Assembly: GCA_039679715.1 (NCBI GenBank) | Contig: JBDKUM010000235.1 | Span: 1-53,177 of the forward strand | DNA: 53,177 nt | DNA from: Phycisphaerales bacterium | GTDB taxonomy: Bacteria; Planctomycetota; Phycisphaerae; Sedimentisphaerales; UBA12454 | Direction of reading: 5' to 3' | In this document: piece after piece, positions 9,259 to 17,107 of the stretch | How positions within the stretch are numbered: the stretch's first letter is position 1 | Layout of the letters: the number at the start of each line of letters is the position of its first letter | Translations under genes and position numbers: made by a program | Notes under the pieces: model-generated | What the model was told of the DNA's origin: nothing | The model's input: the letters and a program-made list of their open reading frames with translations, nothing else | Database searches by the model: none

Positions 9259-10727
9259 TGAACGACGAACAATTGCTAGAAGAACTTTTGAAAAAACACA
9301 AAGCTGGAACCTTGAAACCAGCAGATAGGTATAACATTCCTCCGCAGGCAATGCCGCAGCAGGATGGCGCTGTTCGCCGTTCTAACGTAAGCGAAGTTGC
9401 GCAAGGTTACTCTGAAACACAAGCAAGGCTGGAAGCTCTCCGCTGCCTCGGCTGCAAAAATGCGCCATGTATGGAAGGCTGCCCGGTAAAAATAAAAATC
9501 AAAGATTTCATCGCCCAGATCGTTAATGGCGATTTCCAGAAAGCTCTGGATATTATTCGTGAAAACTCTCTTTTACCTGCTGTTTGCGGCAGAGTTTGCC
9601 CGCAGGAAGTCCAATGCCAACTGCCTTGCACAGTCGGCAAGAAATTCAAAGATGTGAATATGTCCGTTTCGATTGGCAGACTTGAAAGGTTTGTCGCCGA
9701 TTGGGGCAGAAAGCAAAAAGATAGTTCCGCACCTGCGATCGCGGCTCCAACAGGCAAAAAAGTTGCAATTTTAGGCGCAGGCCCCGGCGGAATTGTCGCC
9801 GCCGCCGATACCCGCAGAGCAGGGCATGATGTAACTGTTTTTGAAGCGTTCCACAAGCCCGGCGGTGTTATGGTCTACGGAATCCCTGAATTTCGTCTCC
9901 CAAAAGCGATAGTACAGGAGGAAATTGAGCAGCTTAAGAAGATGGGCGTTAAAATTATATGCAATTTTGTCGCAGGTCGAACCAAAACCATCAAAGATTT
10001 AATGCAAAAGGACGGTTTTGACGCTGTTTATGTAGGCGTAGGGGCGGGTTTGCCGATGTTTATGAACATCGAAGGCGAACATTTAATTGGCGTTTACAGT
10101 GCCAATGAATATTTAACCCGCGCAAATTTAATGCGTGCATATGACTTCGGTAAAGGCGCCGACACTCCGATTGCGATGTCTAAACGTGTCGCGGTTGTCG
10201 GAGGCGGAAACGTCGCGATGGATGCCGCAAGAACAGCCGTTAGATTAGGCGCAGAAAAGGTTTATCTGATTTATAGACGCAGCGAAAAAGAAATGCCCGC
10301 TCGTATCGAAGAGGTTCACCATGCAAAAGAAGAGGGCATTGAATTCCATCTCTTGCGAAATCCTAAACGAATCATTGGCAATGCGGAAGGCATTGTTACA
10401 GGCATTGAATGTTTGAAATACGAGCTTGGCGAACCGGATGCATCGGGCAGAAGAAGACCTGTCCCGATTGAAGGTTCAGAATTCACAATTGAAGTTGATA
10501 CGGTCGTTGTAGCGATAGGAAATGGCGCAAATCCGCTCATCGGCCAGACCACCCCCGGCCTTGAACTTACAAAGTGGGGTAATATCGTTGTTGATGAAAA
10601 ATGCGCAACTTCTATTAAAGGCGTCTACGCCGGTGGAGACATTGTTCTCGGTGCCGCGACTGTAATCCTTGCAATGGGTCAGGGCCGAACCGCCGCGGCG
10701 GCAATCAACGAATATTTAAAGAAATGA
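9258..10727 (+). CDS. NfnB/SudA-like (GltD-like) NADPH-dependent flavo-iron-sulfur subunit
   Basis: RCLGCKNAPCMEGCP, CGRVCPQEVQC, YGIPEFRLPK, GGGNVAMDAAR; overlaps the stop of the NfnA-like gene. Confidence 0.9.
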   Translation: MNDEQLLEELLKKHKAGTLKPADRYNIPPQAMPQQDGAVRRSNVSEVAQGYSETQARLEALRCLGCKNAPCMEGCPVKIKIKDFIAQIVNGDFQKALDIIRENSLLPAVCGRVCPQEVQCQLPCTVGKKFKDVNMSVSIGRLERFVADWGRKQKDSSAPAIAAPTGKKVAILGAGPGGIVAAADTRRAGHDVTVFEAFHKPGGVMVYGIPEFRLPKAIVQEEIEQLKKMGVKIICNFVAGRTKTIKDLMQKDGFDAVYVGVGAGLPMFMNIEGEHLIGVYSANEYLTRANLMRAYDFGKGADTPIAMSKRVAVVGGGNVAMDAARTAVRLGAEKVYLIYRRSEKEMPARIEEVHHAKEEGIEFHLLRNPKRIIGNAEGIVTGIECLKYELGEPDASGRRRPVPIEGSEFTIEVDTVVVAIGNGANPLIGQTTPGLELTKWGNIVVDEKCATSIKGVYAGGDIVLGAATVILAMGQGRTAAAAINEYLKK

Positions 10728-10769
10728 TTTTCGGATAAAGACTGTTGTTCACATTTTTTATTTCCTTAT

Positions 10770-10864
10770 GGAATCTCTACTAATTTTAAAGCAAGAGATT
10801 GCTTCGTCGTTTTTTGCGCTAAAAGCCCAAAAAACTCCTCGCAATGACATTATTAAAGATTTTC
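10770..10864. repeat. MITE/REP-like element family C (GAGATTGC...CGCAATGAC core with imperfect terminal inverted repeats)
   Basis: Same architecture at 33267, 39038, 49139 and 52993. Confidence 0.8.
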
Positions 10865-10875
10865 TTATATTTAAT

Positions 10876-11305
10876 AGGGTAAAGGTATAAGGTATAAAAA
10901 GGAAAGCTGAACTTCCAAGGTCTCAATGTAAAAAATTTTTAATTACCACAAATCAAACTTATCAAACAAAAATAACAGAGCCGGCAGCACAGCGGCAGAT
11001 AAAAGGAAAAATTAAATATTCCCAGTCGTAAAATACGCCGGGTTATTTAGTTTACTTTTTCCCAATCACGGTAAAAGTGTCGGGTTCTTTAGTTAGTTAA
11101 TTTTTCCCAGCCACGATAAAAAGTGCGGGGTTCTTTACTTAGTTACTTTTGCCGGTCACGATAAAAAGTGCCGGGTTCTTTGCTCTAATAACCCCGCTGA
11201 TTGAATCGCGGGCTAAGTTCTGTCGTTTTTGGGCTCGGCCAAAGACTGCCAGACTCTGTCAAATTTAAACGCGCATTAGATTTATACCCTATGACCTTCT
11301 ACCCT
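10876..11305 (-). ncRNA. Candidate ~430-nt structured non-coding RNA, family not recognised
   Basis: No ORF; nested long-range stems (11281-11305 with 10876-10898; 11246-11260 with 10974-10987) enclose five similar hairpins; G-U pairs favour the minus strand. Confidence 0.6.
11021..11212 (-). repeat. Five tandem bulged hairpins at 40-46 nt spacing
   Basis: Units at 11021-11042, 11061-11084, 11106-11130, 11152-11174 and 11193-11212 with A-rich linkers mostly ending in GAAC. Confidence 0.85.
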
Positions 11306-11321
11306 TAGGCGGAACTTGCGC
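11295..11321 (-). promoter_or_regulatory. Motif GCGCAAGTTC-N4-TAAGGGTAGAAGG shared with the portal-gene upstream region
   Basis: 22/27 identical to 49511-49537 with the same spacing. Confidence 0.5.
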
Positions 11322-11631
11322 GAATTTTAATGAAATTAGTGAAATTTTTTTTCGGATTTTTTGTAAGCGGCTGTCAAATAATACCAATTGGCATTATTAC
11401 TCCGCGTCGAGAGGTTTGTAAGTCATTGAGTTAAGCGGAGCTTAAGCTTCGCTTAAGCCGCGGACAACTTCTCCCCAAGGGACGCTACGCGGAGTATTTT
11501 TGGGATCCGTATAAAAATGAATTTTTTTTTGGAAATTTTGAAATCGCAAGTTTTTACCTGCGCGATTTTGCTAAATCAGATTTTAAGAGGTCGCCTTAAA
11601 TTCAAACCAAAATTAAAAATTCCAATTTACT

Positions 11632-11961
11632 TTATAAATCAGCTGCTTCAGATTTTCGGATCTCACCTTCGATTCGGTTTTTGCGGTCCCAAATTATTAA
11701 ATATGTTGTCAGGCGTATATGCGCCCATATTTTCATCAACGCGATATTTACAACTCCGACGACTGCTAAAAATAATCCCAAAAACAATTTTCTTATTTGA
11801 CTATCATTTGCGTTTAGAATCATACTAAGGCCGTCGAGTGTGATAAAGACTGAAATAATTAAAAAAATCCAATAAGTTATTTCCGTCTTAGTTACTTTTT
11901 TGAGAATGTCTTCGCACGTTGGCTGCTCCTCAAAAGCTTTTGCCCAATTAAAAAATCTCAT
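11632..11961 (-). CDS. Small hypothetical membrane protein (2 TM)
   Basis: Two hydrophobic segments; ATGA overlap with the upstream DUF2089-like gene. Confidence 0.7.
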   Translation of the reverse strand: MRFFNWAKAFEEQPTCEDILKKVTKTEITYWIFLIISVFITLDGLSMILNANDSQIRKLFLGLFLAVVGVVNIALMKIWAHIRLTTYLIIWDRKNRIEGEIRKSEAADL

Positions 11962-12269
11962 ATATTTTTCCCTTCATTATTTAAAGTTTCTTCATGTATT
12001 TTTAATAACGATTTTGCTGTAGCTAAATCAATTTTCCCTTCGATCACGAGCACTTGCAGTTTTTGGTGAAATTTTGATTTAGTTTTTTTTGAATCCAGGA
12101 TTTGTATTTTCTCGATCAGACGATTTAGTTTTATTCTGATAGTAGGATATGTAATAGTATATTGCTGCGCAACGTCCTTAAGCGAACCTGAAGCCAAAAG
12201 CAGCCTTTTTATAAATTGCCAATCTTCTTCATTTAAGCCTTTTGCCCAATCCGGAATTGTATTTTCCAT
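11958..12269 (-). CDS. DUF2089-family HTH protein
   Basis: LNEEDWQFIKRLLLASGSLK..YPTIRIKLNRLIEK pattern. Confidence 0.8.
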   Translation of the reverse strand: MENTIPDWAKGLNEEDWQFIKRLLLASGSLKDVAQQYTITYPTIRIKLNRLIEKIQILDSKKTKSKFHQKLQVLVIEGKIDLATAKSLLKIHEETLNNEGKNI

Positions 12270-12397
12270 CTTACAGCCTTCAATTATATACTTTAATAAT
12301 AGTAAAATACACTTTAATTTTATTAAAGCAAGAGAAATATTAATAAAATTAAAATAAATTTCAATTTTGTTAAAGAAGGGATTATTCGGTAAGCAGC

Positions 12398-13762
12398 TTA
12401 TTTCGTCATTTTCAAATCACTAATTACTATTCGATGATCAGAATTTATGGTCTTTTTTGCGTAAACAGCAATTGGCGAGTATTTATCATTTGCCCAGATT
12501 TGGTCTATTCTGAATAGCGGGACTGTATTTAAAGCGGTATGTCCCCAGCCGGTGCCGGCCTTGTTAAATGTGTCTTTAATGTGAGTTTTCAAAGCTTTAA
12601 GACAGCCATCATTTGAGGAAACATTAAAATCCCCGCCGAGAATTATGGGGGTATTTTTTGGAATGTTTTTAAGCTGTTCTGCAATGATGGCGACTTGTTT
12701 GCGTCGGGATTTCCTGTCATCAGCATGATTATGCCAGCAATCTGGCGAAAATAAATTTATATTAGCAACCGGCGGCTCAAGATGAATCGAAAATATATCA
12801 GTTTCAATTCCATTTTTCAATTTCGCATGAACCTGCGTAACAAACAAACTTTTAGGTTTTGAAAATTCGATTTTTTCAAATTTGCCATTTGCTATTATAG
12901 CTGTGTCTGCATCATAAGCGATTGCTGAATCGGAGCCAAAAAGCTTTGCGGCAAAATTCTCTAAAACTTCTTTTTTGGTTGGTATTTCCTGAAGTAAAAG
13001 GATATCAGGATGCAAGGGGATTACCTCCTGCATTGTTTCTGGATTTCCACCAAGACAATTTAAAGATATGACCCTCAATTTATTTTCCGCAGGTATCGAT
13101 TGCCATTCTTCATTTGAAACAAAAAATTGTCTTATGAAACTTCTCGGCTCATCTGCAAAAATAAAAAAGAAAACAGCCCATAATTGAATCATTAATATGC
13201 AAAATCTTTTGTTTAAAAATCGAATTAAGAGGGAAATAATTATGCCAGCTAAACCCCACGACCACGCAGGGAAAAAGGTCATTGCGGCCAAACTGTCGGG
13301 CTTTAAACTGTAAGCAAATGTCAGAAAAACCATTAACAGAAGAGAGATAGCAAAAGCTGCTTTTCCAATGAAAGGAAATTTTACTGATTTCATTTTTCTT
13401 TTTTGAAGGTAAAGAATTTTGTTGTCCTCAATCAGGAAAAAATCATTTTTCAGTATATTACCATTATATTTTATTCGGGTGAAATCTTTATTTACTTCGC
13501 ACGTTCCTTCATCAACGATTTCAGCGGTGCCGGTGTTTTTGTTGACAGGGCCTTGATACGTGAGGAATTTTTTATCGTGATCCTGGATTGGTGTTGCTTT
13601 GGTTTTTACAGGGTTTAACTTGTCGGAGTCTCCTGCTAATTTTTCAGGCGGATTTTCCAGTCTCCATGTTTTTAAAACATCTCCGTCTTCTATCATCAAA
13701 TCCCAATGAATATCATCTCCGCGGGTGTGTTTGTGAATAACAAACTGTCTCTGATTATGCAT
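12398..13762 (-). CDS. Apparent fusion: LigD-type 3'-phosphoesterase domain + 3 TM + EEP (endonuclease/exonuclease/phosphatase) domain
   Basis: FVIHKH..HWDLMIE..LKTW..DH...LTYQG N-terminus; LLQE, GGDFN, RIDQIW and SDHR in the C-terminus. Confidence 0.75.
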   Translation of the reverse strand: MHNQRQFVIHKHTRGDDIHWDLMIEDGDVLKTWRLENPPEKLAGDSDKLNPVKTKATPIQDHDKKFLTYQGPVNKNTGTAEIVDEGTCEVNKDFTRIKYNGNILKNDFFLIEDNKILYLQKRKMKSVKFPFIGKAAFAISLLLMVFLTFAYSLKPDSLAAMTFFPAWSWGLAGIIISLLIRFLNKRFCILMIQLWAVFFFIFADEPRSFIRQFFVSNEEWQSIPAENKLRVISLNCLGGNPETMQEVIPLHPDILLLQEIPTKKEVLENFAAKLFGSDSAIAYDADTAIIANGKFEKIEFSKPKSLFVTQVHAKLKNGIETDIFSIHLEPPVANINLFSPDCWHNHADDRKSRRKQVAIIAEQLKNIPKNTPIILGGDFNVSSNDGCLKALKTHIKDTFNKAGTGWGHTALNTVPLFRIDQIWANDKYSPIAVYAKKTINSDHRIVISDLKMTK

Positions 13763-13790
13763 ATTGCAAATTTTTAATTGTTAATTCTTA

Positions 13791-13933
13791 AAGGTGCCAC
13801 TAAAAATTATTTTTTTATCATTCGAAAGGTTTGGGCAAGATGGAATAATCACTTTTTTAAAGGATTTCTCCACTGCGCTGCGCTCCGGTCGAAATGACAT
13901 TTTCACGTTTATCCAATTTTTAGATGTTGCCTT
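13791..13933. repeat. MITE-like element with terminal inverted repeats and internal REP
   Basis: aaggtgccactaaaaatt ... aatttttagatgttgcctt enclosing gatttctcc..cggtcgaaatgac. Confidence 0.65.
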
Positions 13934-13972
13934 AATTTTGAATTAATTAAATTTAAAATTCAAAATTTAAAT

Positions 13973-14971
13973 TTATCCGAGCGTCTGAATTGCAGTAATC
14001 GCTACTGCGGCGACGATATCATCGCTGTTACAGCCGCGGGACAAATCGTTTACAGGTTTTGCGATACCCTGAAGAATTGGGCCGTAAGCGGCGTAACCCG
14101 CAAGTCTTTCGGTCATTTTATAACAGATGTTTCCGGCTCCTAAATCAGGGAAGATGAAAACATTGGCCTGACCTTTTACCGGACTGCCGGGAGCTTTTTT
14201 AGCAGCAACCTTTGGTACAAACGCCGCGTCGAATTGCAGTTCTCCGTCAATCGCATACTCGCCATCGAATTCTTTTTCGAGTTTGGCTTTGGCAAGTTCA
14301 GTTGCCTTTATCATTTTATCAGGGCCTGTGCCTTTGGCCGAACCTTTTGTTGAATATGAAAGCATCGCGATTTTCGGAACGAGGCCGAATTGTTTTGCTG
14401 TACGAGCTGTAGTCAATGTTATATCCGCAAGCTGCTCTGCTGTCGGGTCCTGGTTCAATCCAGAATCAGCGTACAGCAGTGTTGTTTCGCCTTTTGTCAT
14501 AAAGAACATGCTCGAGACTGTCTCAAGGCCTTTAGCTGCCTTGATTATTTGCAATGCAGGGCGAACGGTATCTGGTGTAGAATGAACGGCGCCGCTGACA
14601 AGGCCGTCGACTTCGCCAGTCTTGACCATCATTGTGCCGAAATAAACTTCATCTGTAACTATTTTTAGAGCGGCTTCGGGAGTGACTCCTTTGTTTTTGC
14701 GAAGTTCATAAAATTTTTCCGCGTATTCTTTTGTTTTGCTGCTTGTTTTCGGATTGATGATTGTGATGTCTGCTGTGTTTGCCCCCATTTTTTTAAGCTC
14801 GTTAGCGATTTTATTTTCATCGCCAATAATTGTGAGCTTTGCCATTTTTTTATCGGCTATTTTCTTAGCAGCCTCAATTGTCCTGGCATCATCGCCTTCC
14901 GGCAGAACAATATGCTTATAAAGAGAGGCTGCTCTTTCGAGTATCATTTGTGAAAAATCTTTTGTTGTCAT
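13973..14971 (-). CDS. pta: Phosphate acetyltransferase
   Basis: IVLPEG, LSYSTKGS, IDGELQFDAA, FPDLGAGNICYK and NDLSRGC motifs. Confidence 0.95.
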   Translation of the reverse strand: MTTKDFSQMILERAASLYKHIVLPEGDDARTIEAAKKIADKKMAKLTIIGDENKIANELKKMGANTADITIINPKTSSKTKEYAEKFYELRKNKGVTPEAALKIVTDEVYFGTMMVKTGEVDGLVSGAVHSTPDTVRPALQIIKAAKGLETVSSMFFMTKGETTLLYADSGLNQDPTAEQLADITLTTARTAKQFGLVPKIAMLSYSTKGSAKGTGPDKMIKATELAKAKLEKEFDGEYAIDGELQFDAAFVPKVAAKKAPGSPVKGQANVFIFPDLGAGNICYKMTERLAGYAAYGPILQGIAKPVNDLSRGCNSDDIVAAVAITAIQTLG

Positions 14972-14992
14972 AATAATTCCTTGTAAAAAAAA

Positions 14993-15064
14993 TAGCCACT
15001 AAGACACCAAGGCACAAAGAAAATTAAATAACAAAATTTTAGTGTCTTAGTGCCTTTGTGGCTA
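14993..15064. repeat. Inverted repeat of 8-bp-period units; possible terminator of the tRNA transcript
   Basis: tagccactaagacaccaaggcacaaa ... tttagtgtcttagtgcctttgtggcta; a single arm recurs at 28064-28088. Confidence 0.7.
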
Positions 15065-15072
15065 AAAATAAT

Positions 15073-15146
15073 TACGCCCGACAGGAGTCGAACCTGTAAC
15101 CTTCGGCTTCGTAGGCCGGCACTCTATCCAATTGAGCTACGGGCGC
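15073..15146 (-). tRNA. tRNA-Arg (anticodon ACG), CCA not encoded
   Basis: GCGCCCGTAGCTCAATTGGATAGAG...CTACGAA...GGTTCGACTCCTGTCGGGCGTA cloverleaf. Confidence 0.96.
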
Positions 15147-15276
15147 AAGTAAACCAGTATTCTACAGTTAATCTCTTATTTTGCAAGCAGGAAAAAGACT
15201 AAAAAATAACCAATAATCAAGGTACAAATTCCAATTTTGGAAATTGGTATAAACATAGGAACTTGGTTATTGGTGA

Positions 15277-15564
15277 TTACACTCGGTGCATCATTTTGAA
15301 GATGGATTCGTCCTGGAAGTTGATTTTCAGCTTCATTTCCTGGGCTATTTTATCTAATATTTTGTGGATTTGCGGAATAGTAATTGTCGCTTTGGCGATA
15401 TCGCATGCCATTGTCATAACGAAATAGTTTTCCATAATTTTCTGGTTCACATCAACGATGTTGATGTTTGCTTTTGCCATAGCGATCGCAAGGCGGGCGA
15501 TAATACCGACCCTATCTTTTCCAGTAACCGTACAAATGCAAATCTGACTTTTTTTCGCAGCCAT
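15277..15564 (-). CDS. ACT-domain protein (UPF0237-like)
   Basis: TVTGKDRVGIIA, NINIVDVNQ and IFKMMHRV motifs. Confidence 0.88.
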   Translation of the reverse strand: MAAKKSQICICTVTGKDRVGIIARLAIAMAKANINIVDVNQKIMENYFVMTMACDIAKATITIPQIHKILDKIAQEMKLKINFQDESIFKMMHRV

Positions 15565-15575
15565 TTCAAATCCCT

Positions 15576-16322
15576 TTAATCGAATTTATGCTGATGAAGT
15601 TTTTCCAGCGTTTTATAATCGGTCATATCGAAACCAAGCGATGTTATTGTAATGTAGCCGTTCATCAATGCCAGTGTATCTGTGAGTATATCCTTATCGC
15701 GATGTTCGCCGCTGGCAAGCTGATAAAGTGTCTGACCTGTTTCGCTTTGCGTTTTCACATATCGTTCATCGAAGCCCAGCGTTGATTGCGGCACTATTTT
15801 GAATCCTTTGGGCTTGCCTTGCGAAAGTGCGGGTATATTGATGTTTATCACGCCATGATAATTAATCGGCAGTAACTTTTGCAAAACATCGATGGAATGA
15901 ATTGCCGCGTTTTTAAAATCTGTAATCTCTTCATTTACTGTACTCAAGGCCACCGCAGGTATGCGATAAAATGCCGCTTCCATTGCCGCCGCCACGGTTC
16001 CGGAATAATAAACATTTATTCCGACATTTGCGCCGTGATTGATGCCGCTAACAACAATGTCCGGCTTTTTCGTGCAAAGTTCCATTAATGCCAGTTTTAC
16101 ACAATCGGCAGGTGAACCGCTGACGCTGTAACCTGTGAAAAGACCTTCGATTTTGATTTTTTCGCAAATTAGCGGCTCAAATACGGTAATACTGTGTCCT
16201 GCACCGCTCATGCGGTCTGAAGGAGCGACAACCGTAACATCTCCGATTTTAACAAGTTCCTTGTACGCTGCCGCGATGCCCGGAGCTAAAATTCCATCAT
16301 CATTTGTTAATAATATATTCAT
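15576..16322 (-). CDS. surE: 5'/3'-nucleotidase SurE
   Basis: ILLTNDDG, SGINHGAN and YSGTVAAAME motifs. Confidence 0.95.
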   Translation of the reverse strand: MNILLTNDDGILAPGIAAAYKELVKIGDVTVVAPSDRMSGAGHSITVFEPLICEKIKIEGLFTGYSVSGSPADCVKLALMELCTKKPDIVVSGINHGANVGINVYYSGTVAAAMEAAFYRIPAVALSTVNEEITDFKNAAIHSIDVLQKLLPINYHGVININIPALSQGKPKGFKIVPQSTLGFDERYVKTQSETGQTLYQLASGEHRDKDILTDTLALMNGYITITSLGFDMTDYKTLEKLHQHKFD

Positions 16323-16328
16323 GGTTTT

Positions 16329-16399
16329 AGTGTAAACGTAATAAGTTTAATATTCAACACAATTCGCCTGATTGACGCTTTTGCATTGGCAGGTATAAT
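16329..16399. promoter_or_regulatory. Divergent sigma70 promoters for surE and nnrE, both probably leaderless
   Basis: Minus strand TTGAAT-17-TACACT-6-ATG; plus strand TTGACG-16-TATAAT-6-ATG. Confidence 0.65.
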
Positions 16400-16405
16400 T
16401 TAGTC

Positions 16406-17107
16406 ATGATTAAGAAATTCGACATGCAAAATGACCCTGTAATGACGCGTCAGGAAGTCCGTGATTTTGACACCTATGCGATAAATACCCTGGGCATACC
16501 GGGCATTATACTTATGGAAAATGCCGGCAGAGGATGCTCTGAAATCATAATCGAAAAACTCAAAACTCTGCTTGGCTCGAAAGTCTGCATTTTTTGCGGA
16601 ACAGGCAACAACGGCGGCGATGGTTTTGTAATAGCAAGACATCTGGTAAATGCAGGCTTTGATGTTATCGTTGTTTTATGCGGAAATTCTGCGAAAATAA
16701 AAGGAGATGCCGAAGTTAATTACAAAATCGCGGCAAATATGAAAATTAATATCAGGGAATTTTTTAATGTGGAAAGTATTAAAGAACGTCTCCAGGAACT
16801 GGCAGCCGATAGTGATTTGATTGTGGATGCTATTTTCGGAACAGGTTTGTCCGGCGAATTAAAACCTGAATTTGCACAAGTTATTGATGCGATAAATACC
16901 TTAAATAAGCCTGTTGTCGCGGTAGATATTCCATCAGGGCTTGATTGCGATGAGGGAATACCGCTGAATAAAGCGATAAAAGCGACAGCGACAGTAACTT
17001 TCGTTTCTGCCAAAAAAGGCTTTTTAAACCCGCACTCACGGCATTTTACAGGCGAAGTTTATGTCGCTTCGATAGGTATCGAGCCGACGCCAACTAATCG
17101 CTTTTAG
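16406..17107 (+). CDS. nnrE: NAD(P)H-hydrate epimerase
   Basis: LMENAG, CGTGNNGGDG, DAIFGTG and AVDIPSG motifs. Confidence 0.93.
   Translation: MIKKFDMQNDPVMTRQEVRDFDTYAINTLGIPGIILMENAGRGCSEIIIEKLKTLLGSKVCIFCGTGNNGGDGFVIARHLVNAGFDVIVVLCGNSAKIKGDAEVNYKIAANMKINIREFFNVESIKERLQELAADSDLIVDAIFGTGLSGELKPEFAQVIDAINTLNKPVVAVDIPSGLDCDEGIPLNKAIKATATVTFVSAKKGFLNPHSRHFTGEVYVASIGIEPTPTNRF

Noticed and set aside
9258-10727. True glutamate synthase small subunit
   Set aside because: No large subunit adjacent; pairing with an NfnA/SudB-like gene indicates an Nfn-type transhydrogenase.
11021-11212. CRISPR array
   Set aside because: The 40-46-nt period leaves no unique spacers, the linkers resemble each other, and there are no cas genes in the window.
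10876-11305. RNase P RNA, tmRNA or CsrB identity
   Set aside because: AGAACCCGGC recalls the RNase P 3' motif but GAGGAAAGUCC is absent; there are no tRNA-like ends or tag ORF; hairpin loops lack GGA.
11517-11828. 103-aa plus-strand ORF and the other short antisense or overlapping ORFs in the track
   Set aside because: They shadow well-supported genes on another frame or strand and show no recognisable motifs.
15073-15146. tRNA as integration site of an island or prophage
   Set aside because: No integrase nearby, no duplicated tRNA 3' end noticed, and housekeeping genes lie on both sides.
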